Shown here: piece by piece, positions 26,301-37,569 of the stretch
How the letters are laid out: each line of letters opens with the position of its first letter
How positions within the stretch are numbered: position 1 is the first letter of the stretch
Source of the DNA: Dipteris shenzhenensis
Lineage: Eukaryota
Direction: 5' to 3' (one strand)
NCBI GenBank assembly: GCA_047967505.1
Contig: CM106538.1
DNA length: 64,000 nucleotides
The notes under the pieces: model-generated
What the model was told of the DNA's origin: nothing
Seen by the model: only the letters and a program-made list of their open reading frames with translations
Databases searched by the model: none
Made by a program: the position numbers and the translations under genes

Positions 26301-27995
26301 TCCTCGAGGTAAATCCTTTTCACCTCGCAAAACATATTCTACCCCGTTCATCTTGAACTGGTAAATATGCTTTTTCCAATCAATGGCTGGATTTTTCCAA
26401 AAATGCCAAGCCATACCTAGGGCTATATCTACGTGAGCAAGCCTGGTCAACTCAAAGTCCAGCTTCTCAACATAGTCCTGAATTCGAAGTTCCAACTGGA
26501 TAACCCTCTGGTCCCATACTTCAGTTGAACTTCCGTCCGCCATCCTCACCGTATAAGCATAGTCAAACAGATTAGTTTTCAACTTGAGCCTCTTAATAAG
26601 CTTCGAGTTAATTACATTGTGTGTTGACGTTGAGTCAAACAACACAATCACATTATGATTGGCTACTTGCCCTTTCATTTTAATTAACTCGGGCTCATCG
26701 AAAACTGCTGCGGGCTTTGAAAGGATGTTATCAGGTGCACCACTTACTAACTTAGTAACAGACACACTTAACAACACAGGTACTAACCTCTGAGTAGGTC
26801 CCGCCAATTGCATCTGCATATGTTCCGCATTGGGACTCTCCTGCATTTCCCCGTCGCATTCAGATATTATCATATTGGCCGTGCGACGGTCTTTGTTCAG
26901 TGAACAATCTTTCCACTGATGTCGCTGAAGGCAGCCGAAGCACAATCCTTCTTTTCTAGCTTTCTCTTTTTGCTCAGGGGTCAACGAGGACTTTGACCAA
27001 GCCCGGGCTGCCATTGGAGTTACTTTCCTTTTCACCCCAACAGTGGTACTTGTCTTTGCTTGTCCCTCAACCAGCTTCACCTGCTTGGTTTGGCCACTTG
27101 GCTGCGAGACACTTGTCTTTGAAGTCCATTTCCTTTGAAATCCCCCTTTTCTCGGGTACTCATGCTGAGTCCCTGCCTGCACAAACCCACTAGGTCTGCC
27201 TCTGGCATCCTCATAGTTCAGGGCTACTGCAATAGATTCATCTAATGTAGTCACATATTTAGCCCGAACTTCCATTTTAATCTTGTCGTTCAGTCCATAA
27301 ATATAGTCTTTCAATTGAACCGACATAGGGAGAGGGACTGTTATTTTCATAACACATTCCCTGAATTTGTCAGCGTACTTTGCCACTGACAAATTCCTCT
27401 GGCGAAGGTTTCTGTAAGCATCCCAAGCTCGGAACTCTTCGTCAGGTGGAAGAAAGTGTTTCTTAAATTCAAATTTAAACCCTTCCCAGGTGGTAGAAAC
27501 AGCTTGATCTTTCTGCTGCTTAATCCACCATCTATCCGCTTCCTCAATAAATAGGTGAGTGGTCTCGCAGATTTTCTTTAGATCAGATCTAATTTCACAA
27601 ATGGCGAAGGCTTCTTTCCACTTGTGTAACCAAACCTCGATCACATCAGAACTGCGCTCGATCATCCGACCAGCGTACTTCTCCAGTCTATAATTAGCAA
27701 TATTAGGTACTTTGACCTTTGCACTTTCTGATGAGTGTATACTGGGCTCTGGCTCTACAGGAGCTTTGCCCTTATCATTCCTAGATGGTCTAGCTGACAA
27801 GGCTTGCACCATCTCCCTAATTTCATTTTGACCAGCATTCACTTGAAGCTGCTGGTTCATGATCTGCTGTAAAGCATCTTCTAATACAGAAATCCTACCC
27901 ACCAAAGTAGGCGTTGTGTGATGGGACACTTCTTGCGTAGATCGTGCTCTAGATTCACCAGGATTTACCTTGGAATCTTGTCCCTCTGTCTCCAT
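23305..27995 (-). pseudogene. gag-pol of Gypsy copy 2 (854-aa open gag-PR-RT, then a few frameshifts and stops)
   Basis: Zinc knuckle CFGCLQRHQWKDC, protease LFDSTSTHN, RT FIDD, RNase H ETDAS, integrase GHPG..CFSC..SMDF..GQTER, chromodomain ALVAWHGLPLSKATWES. Confidence 0.93.
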
Positions 27996-28855
27996 TCATT
28001 CAAAAGGAAAAATAGTTTTTTTTTTCTTTTCTTTTCTCACTTCAGATTCCCCTTTGCTGTACAGGAATAAATCGACTGCAAACTCTGCTGTACAGGAATA
28101 ATAAACTGCAAACTCTGCTGTACGGGAACAAATCGACTGCAAACTGGAAACTAAAATTTTATACAGAAGGAAAAATTGATGCTCCCTGGAAGCTCCACGA
28201 ATCGGAGATGTCCGAACTTCCCTCTTCTGCCAAAGCCTTACAAGTCTCGAAAATCCCAGCTATTCGCTTCTCCAACCCGCTCTCTGTATCAAGCTATTTG
28301 TGTACCAATGAAACGAACATTTTGTAATCTGTCTCTCTCGTCAGTGGCTCTTTTAATTCCAAATCTTCAAGCGACAAGCTGGCATCCCTGATTCCACAAA
28401 GTAAGCTCGAACGCCAGCTCCTCACTTATCGCTTATCGCTTCTTTCTTCGAATCTGTCTGGTTTTTTTTTTCGATTTACAGGAAAGACAAACTCACAGGC
28501 GTAGGCTAACCGCAGCCTCTGTCATACATCACCCATCCGTCGATGAGGCCACTGCCACGCTTGACACCGCCACCTCACTCACGGGCTATTCGCATCAAAG
28601 GGCCTCCCCGTTCACGAGCCACTGTTAAGCCCACGAACAGTCACACATCCCATGCCTACGCTCTGGTCTTTTGAGGACTGTCCGTGCCACCCTGCGCTTC
28701 AAGTCTGCAGCTGTACCCGCTCCTGCTCTCCTATAGCAAATCCATCAACGGCTCAGCCTCACGAACAGAGCCACCTAACACACACGTCGTTCGCCTTCTT
28801 GATACGTGACTAGTCCCCTCGTCCAGCCTAAATGCTCACCTGCTCTGATACCAAA

Positions 28856-29321
28856 TGAAACGATCTTTCTCTAATTCTCTCTTGGATTTCGTCAATCACG
28901 GGCAAGGAAAAATCACAGGCGATGGCATCACATATATCCTCCCAACCACTCTCTGGATAGCATGCACACAAAGATATGTAACTTTTCATTCCTCATGCCT
29001 ATCCACAAGCCCACAACTCCCTAGATGGTTCCCTCTGCCACATGTCATTATTTTAGACCTTTTACTTGGTACACCATTTATCCCTCTCTTGGGGCACAAT
29101 TTAAAACATTTGCCCCTTGGCATTATTACACATTTAGGTGCACCTAGGCCTTAGCACTCAGAACCACCTAGTCGATGCCAATCCACCCTCACCTAGGACC
29201 TTGGCAGTTACTTCCCTTGACCATTATATTTACGCACATAAACTATTACAGAAGTCGGTCCTCTAAGGGAAAATGCCCACCGATCTTTTCGAGGTCATGC
29301 TATCTCGGCTAGAGCATAACA
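28856..29321 (-). repeat. 5' LTR of Gypsy copy 2
   Basis: Adjacent to the PBS; direct repeat of 22827-23292. Confidence 0.95.
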
Positions 29322-30290
29322 TATTAGGCATGGCTATTTTGACATTAAGGTCTCACTGAAAGAGTCATCATCTTTGAACCATCCTTCAGGGAGCCCCCCA
29401 CTCTAATCTTCAATGCATTATCCCGTCTGGCTTTGTGTTCTTTGATCTCTTCTCGGATATCAGTCTTGTTTGCCTTTGTGTCACACTCCTCAATCACTTC
29501 TTTCTTGATTGATTATACTTCAGTATGAACCATATCTTTGATTGTAGAGACTAGTTGAGGAGTAGGAGGAGAATTCCTACATGACTTCACAACCTCAGTA
29601 ATTACTACTTGCTTGCCAGGTTCCTCTAGAACTTGAAGTCGGGCTTTTACTTCTGCCAGCTCAAGCCTTAACTCTCTGACTACTTGCTGCAAATAATAAA
29701 TCTGTTCATGTTGCCCAATAATGGGTCATTTGGACCCTTCTTGTTGGTAATTGTGTGCATATGGAGAGGGTGTCATGGCTGCAACTGTAGAGTACCGAGT
29801 CCTGATAGTTGAGTCTGATGGAGTTAAGGGGAGAATTGGAGGAGAGGGTAGGTCATTCCATATTGGCTATTTCTGTAGAATCCCCTAGCTGAACCTAATC
29901 CTCAGGTTGGGCTGTGGGTTTAGCCCAACTCAGGGTTAGAGAACCTAGGAGCTTGCTGCGAGGGAGCACGGAGTAGAGAACAAGTGATCAACGAGAGACT
30001 GTCGAAGATGTGAAGTGACGGAGCTGTTGTTTTGGTGGCAATGATGTTGGTGGCGGTTCTGTTGTTGGCAGCATTGTTGGCTGGCTACTAGCAACACAGC
30101 TAGCTAGCTAGCTAGCTACGTTGCTAGTTGCAACTAAGGTGAAAGGGCAGGCGAGCCTACGTTGCTAGCTGTAATTAAGGTGAAAGCGTAGGCGAGCAGG
30201 CGACGGGAGTGACCGACGGAAGCAGTGGGTAGAGTAGGCAAAGCGACAGGCGACGAACGGACAAACAAAGCGACATGCGGGCAAAGCAAG

Positions 30291-30330
<40 letters not shown>

Positions 30331-30333
<3 letters not shown>

Positions 30334-32852
30334 TGTTAACCTCCTCAAGAGGCCGTGTGGGCCTATGAGACAAGGTACAAAGTACACCAAAAAGGAAAAT
30401 CTCATACAAGCCTCAAGGGGCTGGAGCGAAGGGTGCGCTAGGGCCCTTGCTGAGCGCTAAACTAATCTACGGAGTTCAATAGCTCGAACAAAAACAGATG
30501 CAAATTATATGAATCCGGGTCAAAGACTAGATGAAGTAGGCTGAAAGCTGGGACTCAGAAGCCAAAACCCGGCACCGTGGTGGCACGTCTATGGGCAGCG
30601 AAAATGTCTTGGATCTGTGTCTGTCAGGCTATCTCACGCTGTGGTGGTGGGGGAGGGCGTGGTCTCCTCAATCTCTGAACCCGCTGGGCTATGTTCAAAG
30701 TGATCCCCCATCTCGGGTGTCTCCTCTAAGAAAAGCTATGATAGATCGGACCTCAATAGAGTGAACTCTAGTCGCTCTCCGTGCTGTAGGTGGTCTCTGC
30801 GTCCCTCTATCAACGATCCAGGCTGCCCGCATATCAGCTATCTCCTCCTCCTCTACCCCAATGTGCCCTGGAGCCAGTGTTGCAATGAAACACGTTTTTT
30901 ATTTTTTGAAACATTGCCAAACGTTTGGAAATAAAAAACATGTTTTTTTGGCAGTGGTTTTTGGGGCACAAGGTCCCCTATTTTTTGTTACAACAGTCAA
31001 AGGAGCTATCGCCATAACGCTTTGTTGGAAAACGCCTTCCCGGGCTCACTTCTAAGTGTATAAACATATTAGATTGCTGAAATGTTTTCCTCTATGTTCC
31101 TCAGTGTTCTGGGTGCCATTAGTGCATAAAATCATGCATTTTGGGTCTCAAGAATGTGTACTTATATAGTAGGCATATAATTTTTGGTAAAACAGGCACC
31201 TGGGGAAAATTTTGAATTGAAACACGTTTGGAAAAACTTCCAAACGTCTGGCAACTATGCCTGGAGCTGGCTCAAATGCATAGAAGTCTGTGATGTGTCG
31301 CTGTGATCTGCTAGCCTCTATATCCTGTGGTTTGGTCGCCTCCTGCTTCTCTCTAATCTATCGTAGTAGAGTCTCCATGTGTCTGCGCATCTCCATTAGG
31401 TATAGGCCAATGCAAACCTGGTCATGGAAGTAGATCAGTCGTGAGAAGCCGCTCCCCTCCTGGAAGAGGCAATGGTATCATCCCCTGATCTCATAGTTGG
31501 CTGGGCAAGTACATAAAAAGTGCTCCTCTGTCTCAACCACTCCTACTGTGCATAGCATACAAATCCGCTACTCTCTAGGTATGCCTGGTGCTCTCCCGGT
31601 CTCAATCCTCAACTGATGAGAAGGAACACGCATCTGTCCAATGGCGATCCTCAATGCATGCGAGACTCCTCTATCCTCGAGATACTGGGGCCTGATGATG
31701 AAACCCTCCTCTGACACTCTCGGGAAGTAGTGGGGAGCTCCTGGTCCCCCCTCCCCCAAGTCCGAGAAGTGTGGAGTTGAAGGAGATCTAGCTGTATGAT
31801 ATGGTTAATCTCGTCTCGCGGGATCGACTCAGGGTGCGTCCATGCGGTGCGTCCATGCTGTACTGAAAGGGGGGGAGCATGCCCATCTAAATACCATGCC
31901 TTGCAAACCATGTGGATATCCATGCATACCATGTGTCTGCTCCACTCTTTGCTAGTCGTCTGGATGACTCCAGGTCCAACCTCAGTAGTCTCCATCGAGG
32001 TAAGTCCCAGACTCTGTGGATGAAAGTCACTGTCTGAAAGATGGCATCAACCTGTAGGGGAGTCATGATGAACTTTTACTGCGTTATCTCATGTGGGACT
32101 GAGGGCTTACTCCGAATCATCATGGACCCCATAATTACCTGTAGCCGCTCAAATTTATTCCACTCGGTCTTCGGTAGATCACATCCCCTAATGGGTGTTG
32201 CAAACATGGTAGTTGGTCGCACGAGTGTGTCGAAGAGCCAACTCTTTGTCAGTGAGTCCTGGAAGTGTGCCTAGAAGCACTGTCTCTCAGGCCAAAGCAT
32301 TCCGCCCTCACATGAGTCGTGCCTGGGCTGCATGTGACATCGTGAAGAGGGGTCCTGTAAAGACTGCTCCCAAATATGTATAGAACTGCACTATCTCCAC
32401 TAGCTCACCACAGTAAGTGAAGGTAAGACGACGAGCCATTGCATGTGAGGTGTTGAAGACCATAACCTTGGTCTTCCCATGGTTGACTGTCAAGTCTCTC
32501 TCTCTATAGAACACCTCTAGAGCCTCCAGATGTCTCCGTAGCAATTCCGCTAAGGATGATATAAGGACTATGTCATCAGCGTATAGCAATATCTGTATTA
32601 TGAGATCAGCCAAATAGTGACCCCTCGTTGTATATGAAGGATGTGATCTCATCAATGTAAAGCCCAAAAAGGGCCGGTGAGAGTGGACAGCCCTACTTCA
32701 CTTCGATTGTGCTCTCGACCCAATCCGATAAACCACTTGGGACACGGACTCTGCCTCTAACTGACTCATATAGGCTCATGACACCCCAAGTCAACATCTT
32801 TGGGATCTGCAGCTGCTGTAGTCTCTTGATCATGCGGGATTGCGGGACAGTG
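30331..32852 (-). mobile_element. 5'-truncated non-L1 LINE (RTE-X/L2-like), flanked by (GA)n on both sides
   Basis: GCPLSPALFG, ILLYADDIVL, KTKVMVFN, YTYLG, QMRVPSHQLRIETGR..C..C motifs; 3' hairpin GTCTCATAGGCCC-ACAC-GGCCT then (TC)n. Confidence 0.82.
30875..31259. mobile_element. hAT-type MITE (385 bp)
   Basis: Termini CAGTGTTGC / GCAACTATG, 8-bp TSD CCTGGAGC at 30867-30874 and 31260-31267, repeated AAACACGTTT subterminal motifs. Confidence 0.85.
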
Positions 32853-32890
<38 letters not shown>

Positions 32891-33689
32891 TAGAGAGAGT
32901 TGCACTTGAGGGAGAGGTGTAGGAAGAGAGAGAGAGAGAGAGAGAGAGAGACCTTATATTAATTTGGCCACCCTCTTTTAACAAACCTGCCCCCTCTCCC
33001 CCTGCTCCACTCTATAAATGTTAGCTCAATGTCGATCTTTTTAAAGTAGGGAGACATACTTGATGACACAATTGACTTGATGTGGATTAGTTGATCATCT
33101 AGACAAAGTGGAGTTGAAACAAATTTGGGTAGTTGAATTTGATGCTTTCAATAACTTCCATATAATTCTTAAATAATGTTCAAAAGATTTGAGAAACGTT
33201 ATCATTGATGTGACGGACCTGTAGTCGAACAGGGCGTTAAAAGCCAATGAAAATATCTCAAAACGTGCGGATTACCTTAAAGTTTTTAAAAGGGACCTTT
33301 ATACGTTCCCAGACAAGTTGTCAAAAAATTCACAAGTGTGCTTCAAAATGATGCCCAACATTTGCTCTAGCTTATCAGTGAAATCTGGTTTATTGTTTAG
33401 CTTGAAGTAACTTTCAAAACCCACCTTTGAGGTCAAGTAAAAAATGAGTTCTACAATGCCCTTCAAGGCTTGATTTTAAAGCGTATGACAGAAACTTAGT
33501 TCAAATCAGACCTTCCTAGAGTTGATTCACATTTATGACCTAATTGAGATTTAGGCTAATTGAAGTTAAGAAAAGTCAAGCTTTGATTTGCCAATTTAAC
33601 AAATTGGTCATATTATAGTTATAGTTAAGTTGGTTGATGATACAACGTGTGAGGGATAAAATCTCTTAAACTTGAATGTCCTTGCAAAT

Positions 33690-34620
33690 GCAATTGAAAC
33701 TTGATTTAGGTCCCACGAAAAACATCCCAAGTACACATGACAATCTTGACCGACTCTTGCACCAAGGTGAAGGATTCATGTTGGAGGTGGGCATCATTGG
33801 TCCTGACCTTGGTCTCACCAAGGTCGACCTTCATGTTACAACAATCACAAAATGTTTGTAGAGCTGATACGTGTCCCTCCAAGCCCTCTATTCTATCTGA
33901 GATCAACACCGCGTCACCTACATAACGAAATGGAAATGAGGGTCTTTGTCAATACTGAGCCCCGCCCAATCTATTGTGCCTATAAATGGAACCAGCTCAT
34001 CAATATAGAGCCCAATAACAATGGGAGATAGAGGACATTCCTGATTCATCCCAATGGTGCTATGAACCTCCTCTGACATCCTTTATGCAATACAGGCTCA
34101 ACCTATCACTCTCTCGTAGAAGGCCATGATGCCCCAAATGACATCATTTCTAAACTAGTGTCTTGAGTCGTGAAATGAGGTCAGCCCATGGGACTGAATC
34201 AAAGGCCTTTCAAAAATTAACAAAGTAGTAGTATATCTTCTGTTTAAGTTGCATGGCCCGCTCTATGAGGGATCGGAGTGTGAAGATGTGATCCAAGGTC
34301 GAGTGGTCCCTCCTGAAATCTACATGTCCCATTGCTCTCATCCATGTTGCCTGCTCATTAATGTGTGTAAATACACCTTGGCCATAAGGTGGCCTACCAT
34401 AATGGTTTGATAATTACCAATATCCATAGGGTCTCTTGCTTTGTGGACTGGGATGATGGTGTTGATGGTCCATGCTGTAGGAAAGCCCTTGCAGAAAGGT
34501 CTCATTGAGGAACCTGGCTATGATCGGTGCAGAGTACTTCCCAACCATGGGAGGAGTTCTGCTTAAAGGCCCTCATGATAGTCAGTTCCACCATGCTCTA
34601 GCTTTTTATGGTTTCTTTCC
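33690..34620 (-). mobile_element. Degraded internal RT fragment of a non-L1 LINE
   Basis: NYQTIMVG, FRRDHSTLDHIFTL, KAFDSVP, CPLSP..GLYIDEL, KVDLGETKV motifs. Confidence 0.7.
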
Positions 34621-34786
34621 ACTATGCATCTGAAAAACATTCATGTACTTTGCAACTCTCATGCTCCCTTGCCATGCTCCTCTCCGACCCCACCACTTTC
34701 CCTCACCAAGAAAATACAAGGAAAAAAAAGAAAGCACTTTAGTCTTGTGCTAACTCAAAACTCCACGGGCTTGTTTGGTGATACAG

Positions 34787-34954
34787 ATGAATGCTCTTGC
34801 TTCCCAAAAGATGTACTTTCCTGAGTTTTGTGCCGCTGTAATCAGTGCTCATCAACTAGAGCTGTCAGAACACTGGGAACAAACTGCAAGGAAAGCATAT
34901 GAGCACTTTGACAGAAAGGGAAATCGTTTACTTTCTGTGGAAGAACTAGCTGAG
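34787..34954 (+). CDS. CRK: CDPK-related kinase (CRK), 168-nt exon
   Basis: acAG|MNALASQKMYFPEFCAAVISAHQLELSEHWEQTARKAYEHFDRKGNRLLSVEELAE|GT; matches CRK MDFEEFCAAA.SVHQLE...WEQHAR.AYE.FEKDGNR. Confidence 0.92.
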
Positions 34955-35089
34955 GTAGCTTCATTGGACCTCCGGGGTTTTTGAATTCTCTAGTATATTG
35001 CCAGAATTGATGCATTCTGACAATACCTGCACATAAGCTGTATGTATATTGAGACATGATGTATCTCTTGTGTGGCTTTTGCCTTTCAG

Positions 35090-35200
35090 GAAATGGGCGA
35101 CCTTGAAACAATCCCTGCAAGTACATTTTTACATGATTGGGTCAGACTTGAAGATGGAAAGCTGAGTTTTACTGGATACATCAAGTTTTTACTTGCTTGA
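35090..35200 (+). CDS. CRK: CDPK-related kinase (CRK), terminal exon
   Basis: ttcAG|EMGDLETIPASTFLHDWVRLEDGKLSFTGYIKFLLA*; matches CRK LHDWIRH.DGKLSFLGF.K.L. Confidence 0.9.
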   Translation, partial: EMGDLETIPASTFLHDWVRLEDGKLSFTGYIKFLLA

Positions 35201-36141
35201 CATGTTCCACTACAAAATATCAGCAATCTAAGCTTTTCTCAAATTCATCGTAATTTCATATTCACTTACCAGGAGCTCTTCTCGTAGTATCCAATCTAAC
35301 AGCCTGGTTGCATATATCATATATTTTTAAACCATTTGTTCGGTGGTGAGGGGGGACACGCTCCATGTATATATTTGGTAACTCTTAGACAGAAATCTGT
35401 TGGTGATGGAAACAAAGTTTTGCAATAAAGGCAGACAGGGCCTTTTAAATATTTCTCAACGAATGCGCTCATGCAAGGTCTGGGCTATGATACCTGCATC
35501 CTTTTAAGGGTTTGCTTCAGATACTTAACTAGCAACTTTTTGGACCAACTGTGGTCTTGCAAAAGAGAGATCCTGCTCTGTTTGTTCCTTTAAGAAGAAT
35601 CCCTGTAAGCACAAAGCGCTGTAGACATAAAGATGATTTGGACTTGTCTGAGTAAATGTAAGCACCTGCAAAGCACGCCCAGAGGTAAGAACTTTACATG
35701 CTTAATAGTGCTGTAGACATAAAGATGAATATGGTCTAAGTAAATGACACCCCCAGGTAAGAACGTTACATGTGTAATAGTGCTGTTAGACCAAACTAAA
35801 ATGAGTAGCCCAAAAGATACACAAGTTAAGTATCTCATGTGGACAACTTGAAAGACCCCAAATTACAAGGTGATGTATACCAATGGAAGCCAGCCATAAA
35901 CGTGACACAACATTCCAAATGGGTAAATTTGAAATTTACGCTCTCTCAACATGGATCTTACATTATCAACCTCATGCATGCTAAGGTTTTGCAACATATG
36001 GCACTCCTTGCAAGTAGATAGCCTAGAGTCTAATAAATGGTGGTGATTTTCCACGTGAGCATGGGCATTGATGGTTGATTTCAAAGTAAGATTGTATATT
36101 ATGGCTTCTTAGTTTGAGTCATATGATCGATTCTCTTTATA

Positions 36142-37127
36142 TCTACTAAAAACAAGGTCAGTATTGTGTACATTTGGATATGGGTTTAACATATTTGTGG
36201 CATGTATAAGCCATCATATAGATAAACCTTGTTTGTACTCTGCTATGTACCCTGCGAAAGGCTAACTGAACCATATGAAAGGATGAATAAAGGCACAATA
36301 TCCACTACTTAAACAATCTGTTCATGTGAGTCTTTGCATCAAATAAGCAATGTGTGTATAGTGGCTAGCTATCTTTATGGGAAGCATCATACATTTGTAA
36401 ACCCGCTAGCATTTTCTATGTGTCAAGCATATACAAACATTCTTTGAGTACTATTGAAATTCATGCATTTAGCACAATAATGCAACAAAACAAAAATTAA
36501 CCAAATGGAATTTACATTTAACCTCAGAATTTGCCATATGCACGGTCATGCAAGCACACTATGCACGTCCACACACAGGCATGCATATTTACACACACTC
36601 TCACACACCCTCCAACCAAAAAACACTGAACATACACATATTGTGACATAAAACATTGGACAAAAGCATGTGCAAGTGAACACGTGGTGTGATAAGGGCG
36701 ACTGCAAAAGGCCTCGATTGCTTGTAAGGACAAAAGTATGGCTAAAAAAGCTCCAAGGTAAAAGGTGGTATCCCTCACACAATGTCAACTTCAGAAAGCT
36801 CCCAAAATTGAGGTTTTAAAAAAACGAAGAAATTGCAAGTTGTAGGAGGAGAGACGAATGAACGTGCGGTAGCCATATGCAATTTAGCTGTGCACAAGGA
36901 CCAAAGCAGAGAAGGCAGCCGAGCGCCCACCACATTGGTGCACGTAAATTTAAATCGTTGTGCACACCTTCTAGGATTGAACCCAGGAGTCTTGACCACT
37001 AGGCTAACAAGCCACTCTCCTCTGCCACCTAAACTATAATCTAAGACTATTCCTTCATTTTGTACAAACTTGCCAAGAACTCCACTCGCAATCATGTTGT
37101 GCCGCACAAAGCGCCGGTCCCTACAAG
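36142..37127 (+). mobile_element. Possible non-autonomous Helitron
   Basis: A|TCTACTAAAA start and an imperfect GC hairpin CCGCACAAAGCGCCGG shortly before CAAG|T (one mismatch from CTAG). Weak signals. Confidence 0.3.
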
Positions 37128-37524
37128 TATGAATTGAATCTCAACATGGTGATACCCATAAGTAATGCCACATGTATTGGAATCAATGCTTTGACCCACT
37201 CATAGGTTTAAGATGGGGATCTAGAGATGCCATCTTAACTTGATGCTCATCAATGTTTTACTTTGAGTTGACCTTCCTTAAGCTGAAAGAAAAGTCACCT
37301 TTCTCGAGCTTCACAATCAAAATTGGAATACCTTAAAGAGGGAACGATCGCTTGAATGTATGAAAAGTGCCCAACATGCCCAACTCTAGTAAAGATATGC
37401 ATAAATGAAGCAAATCACAATAAGGTAGCACGATTTTGAAGTGACATATGAATGCAAAGGTTGAAAATAAACCCATCTATAGCTCTTGTAAATTGCACTC
37501 AAGATGCATCATAAATCGCAAGCG

Positions 37525-37564
<40 letters not shown>

Positions 37565-37569
<5 letters not shown>

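Larger units (their letters stand above)
22827..29321 (-). mobile_element. Structurally complete Ty3/Gypsy chromovirus (copy 2, 6495 bp)
   Basis: 466-bp LTRs 22827-23292 and 28856-29321 with TG..CA ends, TSD TATTA (22822-22826, 29322-29326), PBS tRNA-iMet 28842-28853, PPT 23293-23306. Confidence 0.97.
22336..30295 (-). mobile_element. ORF1-only non-autonomous LINE derivative (copy B, ~1.45 kb), interrupted by Gypsy copy 2
   Basis: Coiled-coil ORF1 N-half at 29330-29720 (LQQVVRELRLELAEVKARLQVLEE). C-half at 22510-22820 (LEGTKIWIAEELSQAQLKNKAIELAKARAARKDGKWAVYREG). 3' hairpin GTCCCATAGACC-TGTT-GGTCT then (TG)n; preceded by (TC)n. Confidence 0.7.

Noticed and set aside
28057-28145. CRISPR-like repeat array (also 2419-2505 and 35615-35790)
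   Set aside because: These are short tandem repeats without unique spacers, in LTR-element leaders or 3' flank, in a eukaryotic context with no cas genes.
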